In this document: one piece after another, positions 27,700 to 39,408 of the stretch
Numbering within the stretch: position 1 is the stretch's first letter
Layout of the letters: every line of letters begins with the position of its first letter
Assembly: GCF_036321535.1 (NCBI RefSeq)
Contig: NC_087437.1
Location: forward strand, 30,692,001 to 30,756,000
DNA from: Camelus dromedarius
Lineage: Eukaryota
Direction of reading: 5' to 3'
DNA length: 64,000 bases
Translations under genes and position numbers: made by a program
Notes under the pieces: model-generated
Databases searched by the model: none
Told to the model about the DNA's origin: nothing
The model's input: the letters and a program-made list of their open reading frames with translations, nothing else

Positions 27700-29000
27700 C
27701 ATCTAAAAGGCTAGTAAACCCTAAGAAAGCAGAAAGGGAAGAAAACAAACTTTTTTTAAATAAGAATACTAAATAAAATTTAAAATGCAGATTCCTTGGT
27801 AGAAAACATCAATAAAATAGACTGAAAAACCCAATAACAAACCTACTTAAGAAAAACAAATGACAAAGTAGAAATAAACAAAATAAAAAACTGCAAAAGG
27901 GAAAGAACATTGAAACAGAGATTTTTAAAATATTAAAAGACAATCTTTCACCAACTCTAAGCAAATAAATCTGAAAACCTAGATAAAAGGGACACTTTTC
28001 TAAAAAAAAAAAAAAAAAAAAAAATTTCCCAAAATTGACCCCACTATAGATAGTAACCTTAAACATCAATTTTCACAGAAGAATTTAAAAAATTACTCCT
28101 CCAAATAAACTACTGCCATAAAGCACCACCAGACCCATATGGTTTCATGGGGGAAATTCTACCAAACCTTCAAAGAACTATGCAAATAAAATTGCTCCAG
28201 AGTAAACAGGAAAAAGCATAAATTGCCAAATTCATTTTATGAAGCAGACAATACTGATACATAAACTTAACTTTAAGAAAGACAGAGTGATGGTGCTACA
28301 AACCGCACTTATGAATATTGATGTAAAATCATATATAAAAAGTAAATAAGAAAAAATGTTGCATTAACAAGTCGAAATTTTTTCTAGGAATACAAGAGTG
28401 GTTCACTTTTAGACGGTACACCTTCATTAGTGTAATTCACCATTTTAACAGATTTAAGAAGAAAAACCATACAGTGACCTCTAGAAATACTAAAAGGGCC
28501 TCCAACAGAATTCAATACTGTTCCTGACTTCAAAAAAGAAACTCAAAAATTGATGTTTGTATGTGTGTGCATGTCTGTCAGTCCTAAAGCCAGTATCTTA
28601 TTTAATGGGGAAACAGAATCATTTGACTAAGGTCTGAAATGAGGCAAAGACACCAGTTTTCTTTATATAACACCGTATTAGAAGAGGCACTAGCCAATGC
28701 CTCAGACAAGAAAAAAGCAACTAAAGACATGAAAATTAGATATAACTATTTTTCTATTCATAGATTATGCAACAGTATACTTGTAAAACCCAAGATAATC
28801 AAAGTAAAGATTTGTATAATTTAGTAATGCAGAAAGCTATAAAATTAACCTACAAAATAATTTTCGTATAATTATATAGTAACCAGCTAGAAGATATAAT
28901 GGGAAAGAAAATCCCATAAGCCAAAAAAAAAAAGGTGTTCTACAGGTAGACAAGTTGATTCTTAGTACACAGAAAAATAAACAAAATGAATAACTCAGAA
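27700..29000 (+). mobile_element. Ancient L1 (L1M/L1ME) ORF2 remnant
   Basis: A-rich degenerate L1 text: gacccatatggtttcatgggggaaattctaccaaaccttcaaagaa and ccaaattcattttatgaagc. Confidence 0.65.
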
Positions 29001-29082
29001 AAGGGATTTCCACTTCTGGCCAAGATAGGGTCACCCACCTTAAAAAAAATGAACAAAATATATGAAACAATGGTTTAAGACT

Positions 29083-29490
29083 TTAGGTAAGAAAAAAATA
29101 TCTTTTTCTCTACCCTTGTAAATTCTCAACTGGGAAGTCAGTAACAAAAAGGCAGATTAACAAGAGAAAAACATACAAATTCACTTAATATTACTTTTCC
29201 ATGACACAGAAGCCTTCATAAGGAAATGAAGACCCAAAGAAATGGTTAAACCTGATGTTTTTAATGTTAGGTTTGATGAAGAGTGGAAAGTCATGGACTA
29301 AAATGATAGGACAAAGAGTATGAGGTAAGTGCATTTAATTGGGGGAAACCTAGGAAGGCTTGTTTGTTCAGATTCCTTTCTGTGCCCCTTTGTCTTCAGA
29401 AATGAAGAAAGTCTTTTCCTTTTGTTATAAGGGCACCTCTTACATAAGGATTTTACGACCTGCTTCAGGGGAAGGTCAGAAAGTCCTTCT
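29083..29490 (-). mobile_element. ERV1 MER4-group LTR, 3' part (MER89/MER67-like)
   Basis: Reverse strand: gaccttcccctgaagcaggtc...ggaatctgaacaaacaagcctt...gtcttcatttccttatgaaggct...gttaatctg...cttaccta. Confidence 0.7.
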
Positions 29491-29494
29491 TAGG

Positions 29495-31275
29495 AAACAT
29501 TGCCAAATTCATTTTAAAAGACCAATATTACCCTGATATTAAAGCTAGATAAGGACACTATAAGAAAATAAAACTATAGACTAATATCCCTAATAAACAT
29601 AGATGCAAAAACTCTCAACAGAATATTAGGAAAGCAAATTCAACAGCACATTAAAAGGATCAAACACCACAATCAAGAGGGACTTCTCCCTGTGATGCCT
29701 GGATAGTTCAATACACACAAATAAATGTAATACACCACATTAATAGAATGACAGATAAAAATCACATGATCATTTCAGTAGATGGAGAAAAAGCAATTGA
29801 AAAATACAAGATCATTTCCTTTCTGATTTGGTGCCTTTTATTTCTGGTTTGATTGCTCTGGCTAGGACTTACAGTATTGTTCTGAATAGGAATAGTACAA
29901 GTGGGCAGGCTTTGATAAGGAGTTAAACTCCAAAATACATAAAGCTTAACACAACAGTCACCAAAAAAAAAAAAAAAAATCTGATTAAAAAATGGGCAAA
30001 GGAACTGAATAGACATTTTTCCAAAGACATACAAATGGCCAACAGGTACATGAAAAGGTGCTCAACATCAATAATCTTCACGGAAATGCAAATCAAATCA
30101 CAGTGAGATGCTGCCTGACACCTATTTAAAAGGCTATCATCCCAGAAATACACTCACACACTTATGGTCAACTAATCCATGACAAAGGAAGCAAGAATTG
30201 ACAATGGAGAAAAGACAATCTCTTCAATAAGTGGTGCTAGGAAAACTGGACGGCTATATGCAAAAGAATGAAATTAGAACATTCTCTAGCACCCTACACA
30301 AAAAACAAACTCAAAATGGATTAAAGACCTAAGTGTTGAAGACCCAATACGATATAACTTCTAGAGGAAAAAATAGGCAGAAGCGCCTTTGACATAAATT
30401 GCAGCAATAATTTTTTTTCAACCAGCTCCTAGAGTAATGGAAATAAAAGCAAAAATAAACAAATGGGACCTAATTAAACTTAAAAGCTTTTGCACAGCAA
30501 AGGAAACCATAAACAAAACAAAAAGACAACCTATAGAATAAGAAAATAACACGACCAACAAGGGACTAATTTCCAAAATGTACCAACAGCTCATACAGTT
30601 TAATATAAAAAAAAAAAAAAGCCCAATCAAAAAATGGGCAGAAGACCTAAATACATGCAGATGGCCAACAGGCACATGAAAAGATGCTCAATGTCACTAT
30701 TTATTAGAGAAATGCAAGTCAAAACTACAATGAGGTATCACCTCACACCAGTCAGAATGGCCATCATTCAAAAGTCTACAAATAATAAATGCTGGAGAGG
30801 GTGAGGAGAAAAGGGAACCCTCCTACATTGTTGGTGGGAATGTAAATTGGTGCAGCCACTGTGGAGAAAAGTATGGAGGTTCCTCAAAAAACTAAAATAG
30901 ACTTACCATATGATCCAGCAATCCCTCTTCTGGGTATATATCCAAAGGAAATAAAAGCAGGGTTTCAAACAAGTATCAGCACTTCCCTGTTCACTGCAGC
31001 ATCATTCACAATAGCCAAGACATGGAAACCACCTAAGTGTCCATCCGTGGGTGAATGGATAAAGACACGGTATACATATCCAATGGATTATTATTCAGAC
31101 ATGAGAAAGGAAATCCTGCGCTTTGCAAAGACATAAATAAGCCTTGAGGGTATTATGCTAAGTGAAGTAAGTCAGCCAGAGGAAGACAAATACTGTATGA
31201 CAGCATTTACCTGAGGAATCTATAAAAGCTGAACTCACAGAAACAGAGTGGAGTGTGGTTAGCAGGGGATTAGAC
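29495..31275 (+). mobile_element. Rearranged composite L1 block (plus / inverted / plus / younger L1 / older 3'UTR)
   Basis: RT-region text 29495-29809, an inverted piece 29810-29909, C-terminal text to 30140, and a jump back at 30141. ORF 30861-31136 reads [19 protein letters not shown]. Confidence 0.85.
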
Positions 31276-31279
31276 AGAG

Positions 31280-31586
31280 GGATGCCAAGAGGAATCCAAA
31301 CACACAGGCCTTGCCACATTTCTCCAAGTTTACTACCCTGAGACCGTATACTTTCGATCTAACATGGTTTTCCACTTTTCATCAAGCCTAGTATAGAAAC
31401 ACTCAGGCTTCACTGTTTCTTCAAGTCTTCACTTCCTTATGAGGGCTCCTGTGCCATGCAAAACTTATATTAAATACTTGTGTATGCTTTTTTCTTGTTG
31501 TTCCATCTTTTGTCAGTCCAATTGACAAGGCCCTCTGTCAGAGAACCTAGGAGGGTAGTAGAAGATAGAATTTTTCCTCACCTACA
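31280..31586 (+). mobile_element. ERV1 MER4-group LTR, 3' part (same family as 29083-29490)
   Basis: ggaatccaaacacacaggccttgc...gtcttcacttccttatgagggctcctgtgccatg...ggagggtag...cctcacctaca, with an LTR-type CA end. Confidence 0.7.
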
Positions 31587-32190
31587 ATATATTATTTCAA
31601 AAATACTTATTGAATTATAAAATCTGAAACTATACTTTTGAGGAAAAGCTAAGATGTTCACAATCATTTCTCATTATTTATTTCTTGAGCTTCATTAGTA
31701 GAGTACCAAAAAAAAAAAAAATCATGTAGTAAAGAATAGTCCTTAAAAAATAAAATTTGCTTTAAAGAAGTTTGTTTCTATAGTTAACCTCTATTCATCT
31801 TTTATGCAGCTACTTCAGTCTTTAATCCAATGATTAAATAATCCTACTGAGACGTATGCCTTTCATATTTGAAAAGAAATAGTCACACATTTAATTGTGC
31901 TCTTTTTTTCCCTGGCTGCCTGCCAAAAACAATCAAAGTTTGATATTACAGCTTCACCTTCAGAAGTAATTAAGAAGTTAATCTTACTTAGAAAACATCA
32001 TTACCCAGCAGACCATAGAACTAACTACTCTACTCATCAAAGAAGCAGTATCCCACTCACAAAGGCAAAACCCCACACTGTCTCCCTAGCTACCCCATCA
32101 CTGCTATTTGGAGATGCAGAGCCCATCACAATCCATCAGTCACTGGGAACAAAGTCTCCCCAGCTTCTTTGAAGCATCAAGCAGCAATGG

Positions 32191-32240
32191 AGGTGACAAC
32201 TCATTGTAGTTTTGATTTGCATTTCTCCGATAACGGAAAA

Positions 32241-32278
<38 letters not shown>

Positions 32279-32297
32279 GTGTGTGTATATATATATA

Positions 32298-32342
<45 letters not shown>

Positions 32343-32435
32343 AATCACTATGCTGTATACCAGAAGCTAACAACATTGTAAATAAACTATACTTCAATAA
32401 AAAAAAAAAAAAGAATTAACCAAAAAAAAAAAAAA
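32191..32435 (+). mobile_element. Short L1 insertion with 5' inversion, (GT)n(TA)n microsatellite and a double A tail
   Basis: 12-bp TSD aagcagcaatgg at 32179-32190 and 32436-32447. Inverted L1 piece ctcattgtagttttgatttgcatttctc, followed by the L1 terminus ttgtaaataaactatacttcaataaa. Confidence 0.88.
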
Positions 32436-33128
32436 AAGCAGCAATGGGGCTGAAGATTATGAAGGACACGGGTCAGTTAAGTTCCCAGTCCATCAGGGTA
32501 AACGGTGATGTCTCAACAACCAAGGAGCCTTCCTAACTCAAAACTGCAGAATATTCCTTTATGGCTCCTGATCATCTGTCGGGGTGAGATTGTTCACTCA
32601 CACTTTATCTTCTTCCAACCTCAGCCAGTCATTAGAGGAAAGGGCCTTCTGCTTCATTTGACACTGATGTAGCAAGTGCCTATCATGTGATTTCTCTTAC
32701 TTAACATGGAAAACATTTCTATCCCTAAACTCATTACCTATAACCATGAATGGCGGAGCCAGACATCTTGAGTAAAAGGATCTTTTGAGAAGGCATCTAC
32801 ACCTGGATTATAAAGGCACTGCCCACTGCCAGTCTTCAGTGCCTAACAGACTGAACACAACCGAAGACTTTTCCTACTGGTGCAAACTCTGTGGCCACCT
32901 GTGCACATCATCTTTAGGGGAACTGTATTCTTTGCAGACATTAATAGCTGCTCTTACCAGCCTCTTCTCTAAGCTGGCTCTCAGAGCAAATTCGGAAATT
33001 CTGAAGAATGCTGCAGAAGCTCAAGGCATTTGAAATTGGGATTGCAACAGCAGACCAAGTCCAAGGCTATTTCCAGCCAGCTCCAGTAGGTCTTACACAG
33101 TAAGAACGTTTCAGTAGTTAACAGCTCT

Positions 33129-33627
33129 ATACTATTCAGCCATAAAAACCAACAACATAACGCCATTTGCAGCAACATGGATGTTTCTGGAGAATGTCAT
33201 TCTAAGTGAAGTAAGCCAGAAAGAGAAAGAAAAATACCATATGAGATCACTCATATGCGGAATTAAAAAAAAAAAAAAAGAACATAAATACAAAACAGAA
33301 ACAGACTCATAGACATGGAATACAAACTTGTGGTTGCCAAGGGGGCAGGGGGTGGGAAGGAACAGACTGGGATTTCAAAATTTGTAGATACTGACAGGCA
33401 TATATAGAATAGATAAACAAGATTATACTGTATAGCACAGGGAAATATACACAAGATCTTGTGGTAGCTCACAGCGAAAAAAAGTGACAATAAATATATG
33501 CATGTTCATATATTTATCATAACTGAAAAATTGTGCTCTACACTGGAATTTGACACAACATTGTAAAATGACTATAACTCAGTTAAAACTGTTAAAAAAA
33601 AAGAAAGAAAGAAAGAAAGAAAAAACA
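33129..33627 (+). mobile_element. Young L1 3'UTR fragment (camelid type)
   Basis: 13-bp TSD agttaacagctct at 33116-33128 and 33628-33640, and an (AAAG)n-derived tail. Same subfamily as 11922-12150. Confidence 0.93.
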
Positions 33628-35879
33628 AGTTAACAGCTCTTGGAAACCCGCTGTGTGCACAGCACTTTACTAAAGAGCACAGGGACTTACAAAGGAAAGC
33701 AGTACTGTTTCCGTCCCTTAAAAACATATACTCCATCCTAATGTCCTAATATTAGAAGTGATCTAACTATAGCTGCACCTGAACTTTACTTAAATTATTT
33801 CTACTACTACAGGAGTGGAGTGGTGGGGAGGGGAGCATAATAGAATTCCTCTACCCATTTACCCATATCAACCAACCATATCATTCTTGTGAGTTCTGCT
33901 TCATCTTTTGTGAATTTGGATTTTACATTATTAAAAGAAAATCAACATGCTCTTTTTGAAAAGAAATCCCTTGTTGGAAAATGAACTGACAATTTTCCTT
34001 TTGCTATGTACCTTAGGATGAGTCACTCCTCTAGGGTGACTTCATAGGTAACTGAATTTCATATGAAATTTACCAAATACCAAAGGTCTGCTGTGCTCTG
34101 CAGAACACTCCGTATAGCCCAAATCCCTACCGGCCTGAGGCTTTCAAATACAATGCCACATGGAAAACTGTACTGTCCCCTTGGTAAGTCAGCAGAATCG
34201 ATAAGGAAAGCCCAATAATTGACCCAAGATGGAGCTGTCATCCTGCATGTCCTGGCTGGGGGCCCGCCACCTGTACAGTTCAAACAAAGGCCTTGAAGGT
34301 ACTGCTCTGAACACTTAAGAGGGCATGTTCACTATAATTCGAGGAATGACTGCCATTATCTAAAAGCAGGATTTGCTTTTTTTACCATAAGCCTGAGACT
34401 AGAAAATAAGAGACAAGGGAGAACAGACAATGCATTGCAACGAAATATCCCCAGCCCCACTGAATTATTCATTCACTGGTCCTTGCCTTCTATGTTGCCT
34501 TTCCTTCTATCCTTTTTTTTTTGGCAATAATTAAAAGGGATATTAAAACTCCCAATATTTTATCAATAAACAATTATTGAGCACCACCTCCATGTGGGAC
34601 ACTGTTGTAGATTCTAGGGTGCCAAGTGAAATGAAACTTTACCTTGGTTCTGTAAATTTCTTAGGAGTAAGTAACATGCCCTACTATTTTCAATGGCTAA
34701 ATTCTACAAAGGTTGTAGTCTAAAATACCACCGCTCAAAACAAAATGAAAAAGAGAAAGCTACAAAAATCTATGTACTAAACAGCTGTGAAAACACCTCT
34801 TTCATAACACGTGATTTAATCAATTTAGACACGTGCCTTTGGTTAGATTTGGTGAAGGTTAAGCATAGAGAAGTCAATCTTGACCCAGTTCTATCATTAA
34901 CTGATGAAACCTTATACTTCTTTTTTCCCTCTTTCCTCTTCTGCCTCTCTCCCTCACTTTCCATAAACCAGCCAAAGTATTCAACCTCCTGATTATTCCA
35001 GCTGAAGAGACTGCTGCTCCAGATATTAACGTCTATAAAAATACTATCTCCCAGCAAAATTCTCCCTATGTGTCAAAGGTAAGGAGGCATCTGCCAATTC
35101 CTTCTGTATCTTCTCCCACTAAGCTGTGTTATCCTACCATCCTTGGCACCTACTACCACGCACAATGCATAACAGTGACTAGGCAGCCAATCAAGGTTAG
35201 CCCAAGGAACTTCCCCTCCATTATCTAGCTTAATACTCTCCAGGTGCTAAATGTTGAATTTGTACTGATTGGCTGATACATACTCTTAATTTGCCAATAA
35301 TTAGAAGAAAAGAGTTATTATCAAGTTTGCACCACTGTTGTTCAGGCTCTCATGTCTTCAAACTAGCAAAGGCAATCTACGTGACAAGAAGTCAACATAC
35401 ACGAGACAGTGCACTTGTAAAGTGCAAGCAGTCCTCAGCCAACTGTCACTTACTCTGCCTTTTACTCCCTGCAAGAATCATTTACTTAATATTTGTCAAC
35501 CATCATGAGTTGAACAGTGATGCACCATGAACAGTTTGATGACTGCCAATTATAATGATGAGAAGGGGCATTTGCTTCTGTTCAGAAGAGAACCTGGCAA
35601 GGGCAGCACAGTGGAGGGGAGTCAGCTGGGCCTGCACTCAGGGTGCCTGATTATCTTGGCTATTGTCTATTCAAAGAAGGCAAGGAACCTATGGTGCTCA
35701 TCCTCTCTGATGGAGAGGCGTCCTTCCTCCTGAAATTGCCTTCCAGCTGCATAATTTCTGAACTACAGGGCTCTAAAAAGAGATTCCAGCCCCTTGATAA
35801 GGATTCCCTGAGCATCCCTGCAACATCTTAAACACTGTATGAAATACCAAATAAGACCTCAGACAATTACAGTCTGGTC

Positions 35880-36370
35880 CAAAGGTCGGCAAATTTTCTG
35901 GAAAGAATCACATAGCAAATATTTTAGGCTTTGTGGGCCATACAATCTCTGTGGCCACCACTCAACTTTGCATGTAGTGCAAAAGAAGCCTTAGAAAGGA
36001 TGCCAGCTATTGACACAATATCGTAAACTAACTACAGGTCAATAAAAATATATTTTTAAAAAATGAACACATGTATGTTCCTATATGACTAAAGTATTGT
36101 GCTATACACCAGAAACTGACACATTGTAAACTGACTATACTTCAATAAAAGTATATGATAGATACATAGGTAGGAAGGAAGGAAAGAAGGAAGGAAGGAA
36201 GGAAGAAATGAAGGAAGGAAGGAAGGAAGGAAGAAATGAAGGAAGGAAGGAAGAAAAGAAAGAAAAAATAAATCAACTATTGAACATGGCTGTGTTCCAA
36301 TAAAGCTTTATTTACAAAAACAGGCAGCTGGCCAGGTTTGGCCCACAGCATGTAGTCTTCTAATTCCTTG
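35880..36370. mobile_element. hAT-Charlie MITE (MER58A-like) interrupted by L1 tails
   Basis: caaaggtcggcaaattttct...aaatattttaggctttgtgggccata and catggctgtgttccaataaagctttatttacaaaaacaggc. Confidence 0.85.
36014..36273 (+). mobile_element. Tandem L1 3' termini plus (GGAA)n tail, inserted in MER58A
   Basis: TSD cagctattga (36004-36013) / caactattga (36274-36283). Two copies of the gtaaact.acta...caataaaa terminus. Confidence 0.75.
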
Positions 36371-36433
36371 TCGAATCCACAAGTCAGGTACATTTTTTCA
36401 AAATGCAAAACAGTGTTATCTGTGTTAATGAAA

Positions 36434-36558
36434 AGGAGAGATTATAGCTCAGAGGTAGAGTGCATGCTTAGCATGCATGAGGTCCTGGGTTCAATCCCCA
36501 GCATCTCCAAATAAATAAATACCTAATTACCTCCACCCTCCAAAAAAAAAAAACAAAA
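36434..36558 (+). mobile_element. Vic-1-type SINE
   Basis: tatagctcagaggtagagtgcatgcttagcatgcatgaggtcctgggttcaatcccc...cctaattacctcc plus an A tail. Confidence 0.92.
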
Positions 36559-36819
36559 CCACAATAACGTGACTATACTTAACAATACTGAACTGTGTTA
36601 ATGAAAGCTTCCCCCCTGTATCTGTGTAACATTTCATAAACAATGAAGCTATTTCATATATAATGACTCCAAATTTAATCCTCATACCAACACTTTGCAG
36701 TGGGTAGGTATAATTATCATCATTCTGTAAGTGAGAAAACTGAAGCTCAAATAAATTAAAGAACTTTTAAGTCATCCCACAACCAGGAGTGGACGTAGGA
36801 TTTGAGCTTCTGGGTAACA

Positions 36820-37237
36820 AGCAGAGATTACTATGTGTTCACCAGAAGCAGTTTCCTCTCCCTCCAGGGCACACACCACTCTACATTTTCCAGGCTCCTC
36901 TGCAGTTAGGTCTGACCATGTGCTTGGGTTCTGGCCAGTAGAATTTAGGCCTCACTCCCTAAAACTTCCTCATGAAAATCTATACAGAATTCTCTATTTC
37001 CTCTACCCTTTTCAGTTGGCTGGAAAGGAGACTCCCCTAGGGTAATCTTGTAAGTCACATGTTCACAACAGCAAAACCACAAGATTAAAGGAGGCTGAAC
37101 TCCTGAATCACCACCTGAAAGAAAGCCACCCAACCAGAAATACCCACATTATTATACTGTGAGAGCTGCAGGAAACTTGCATGAAACCACTGAGATACAG
37201 AGCTTTACCTCTTACAGCAACTCCCTTAACTAATACA
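36820..37237 (+). mobile_element. MaLR LTR (MLT1J-like)
   Basis: ctacattttccaggctcctctgcagttagg...ccatgtg...gttctggcca, ending in ttaactaataca. Confidence 0.7.
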
Positions 37238-37659
37238 GGCTGTGCCCAGATCCAGAGTTATTTGCATTCAGCTACAGCAGAGATGTAAAGGCTGTGATTA
37301 CCACGTTGAAGAGACAGAAAAGAGCATATTTCAGACAGGAGCTATATCAGAATAAGCAAGGGGTGCATTCAAGAAAGAACACATTATCCTAAATGATCAG
37401 ATAGTAAACTATCAGAGCAGTGGGAGGAGAGGCAGCAAAGAAAGCAGAGGGAAAGGATTTGTATACAACACTCAATAAAAAGGACGTGGCGAGAACAAGG
37501 GACAGCAAAGACAAAACATGAGAGACCGCCTGTGAGCTCCCCCCACCAGAGGAAGAATAAGCTGGAGGCAGCGAGACCATCTCCAGAGTGGCAGGGTACT
37601 CCTGACAGAATCAGAGCAGAGCTGTGAGCTAGCAGAAGGCTGTTCTTTGTATAACTTAT

Positions 37660-38300
37660 TTCTTAAACAGTTTTTTTTTCCTGATTATTAATGTAATATG
37701 TGCTAATTACAAATGTATGAAGAAGCAAATAAATCATACATAAACCCACAGTCAAAGATAACCATGTTACAATTCAGAGGGATAAACTTCTGAGCTTGTC
37801 TTTTTTATGTGCATACATTTAGGCATTAAGAAAAATGGGAATATAATATTTTCCGTTGAATATAACCGTGGGGATCTTCATATCATATTAACATAGATCT
37901 TCACATCATTGTGAGTAGCTGCATTGTCCTCACGATATAGATGTGCTATTTTTTTGAAAATCAGTTATCTCCCAGTGTACGTTTAGGTTGCTCCTCTTTT
38001 CTTGCTATTACAAAAAAATTACTGTGACAAACATTCCTATTGATTGATGTATGTCTGTGCAAGTACTCTTACAGGAGTAGTTTCTGGAAACAAAGCTGCT
38101 GAGCCAAAGAGTTTGTCTAATGTCAAACTGCCCTCCAGAAGCACGAATTCAGAGTTCCACTGACCATGTGTAAAAGTGCCCATTTTCCGATACCTCTGCT
38201 GGCACTGGATTGTTTTTTAAGCATCTGCCAATCAGGTTAGGGGGAAAAAATCTCTCATTTAATTTTTGAAAATACAGTTAAACATTCTTAGTTCTCTTGT
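37660..38300 (-). mobile_element. Ancient L1ME 3' region
   Basis: gtacgtttaggttgctcc...ttgctattacaaa, caaactgccctccagaa and aaagtgcccattttcc. Confidence 0.6.
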
Positions 38301-39159
38301 TTAAAAAAAAAAATTCGTGTCTCATCTGTGGAAGATCCTAAATCCATAACATTTACAAGTTATCTTTAAGGTGACAGTACGCGTAACTTATACAACCAGT
38401 CTAAGTGGCTAGAAGCAGAGCAATTTTTGGATTTGAAAGACCTAGCAGGAAAGAACTCAGCAAAAAATGATCAAATATTAATTCTTCTCTGGGGCTATTT
38501 CTCAAATGATACTGCGTATTGTGGGTGAGCTCTGACTAGCAGAACTGAGTGGGTCATCTGTTTCTAAACAAGCTGTTTTGCTAACTAAAATCAACTAACA
38601 ATTTAACTTATTGTTTCCTTAGGCTTTTCTTTCACACTTTTATCAATGCTTGATTTATTTTTGGTTTTGTTATACAGTAGCCAGGTAAAAGGGTAATACA
38701 CAAGAATGAGAGGAAAAATACAAATAAAAACTGATAGAGATTGTCAACACAGAGAAAAGAAGGAGGGGCCACAGAGGAGGTGTGGCTGAGGAACACAGGC
38801 ATGTATTAGTAGGGGAAGGATGCACTATTAAAGGAAGGTCTAGGAGTCAAGCACTGAGCAAGACATGTTACACCTGCCATCTCTTTTAATCCTCGTAACT
38901 CTTCAAAATGCACAAAATTCGTATTTTTAAATGAGGAAGACAAGGGCCAGAGAACCCAGGTGATTACCTAAAAAGCTAAGGTGCTATTAGAGCTTTTGGT
39001 TGCTTTTTGCTGCTATTTTATTCCAAATCCTACATTCTCCCCAGTGTGCCAAAGAGCTCTGGAGAATTCCTGGATTAGAAACTCCAGTGCTCCTCCTGCC
39101 ACCAGTGTCCCTCTTCTCTCCTTGAGGGGTACAGAGAAACAAATGATAAAGTGAAGAAC

Positions 39160-39408
39160 AGGGTGAGAAGGGATAAATTGGGAGTTCGAGATTTGCAGAC
39201 ACTAACTACTGTATATAAAATAGATAAAAACCAAATTTCTGCTGCATAGCACAGGGAACTCTATTCAATATCTTGTATAAACTATAATGAAAAAAATATG
39301 AAAACGAATATATGTGTGTATCTGTATGACTGAAGCATTATGATGTACACCAGAAACTGACATATGTAGCTGACTATACTTCAATAAAATTAATTAATTA
39401 ATTTAAAA
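39160..39408 (+). mobile_element. Young L1 3' end
   Basis: gggataaattgggagttcgagatttgcaga...gcacagggaact...ctgactatacttcaataaaa. Degenerate TSD aaagtgaa.aa.ag. Confidence 0.88.
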
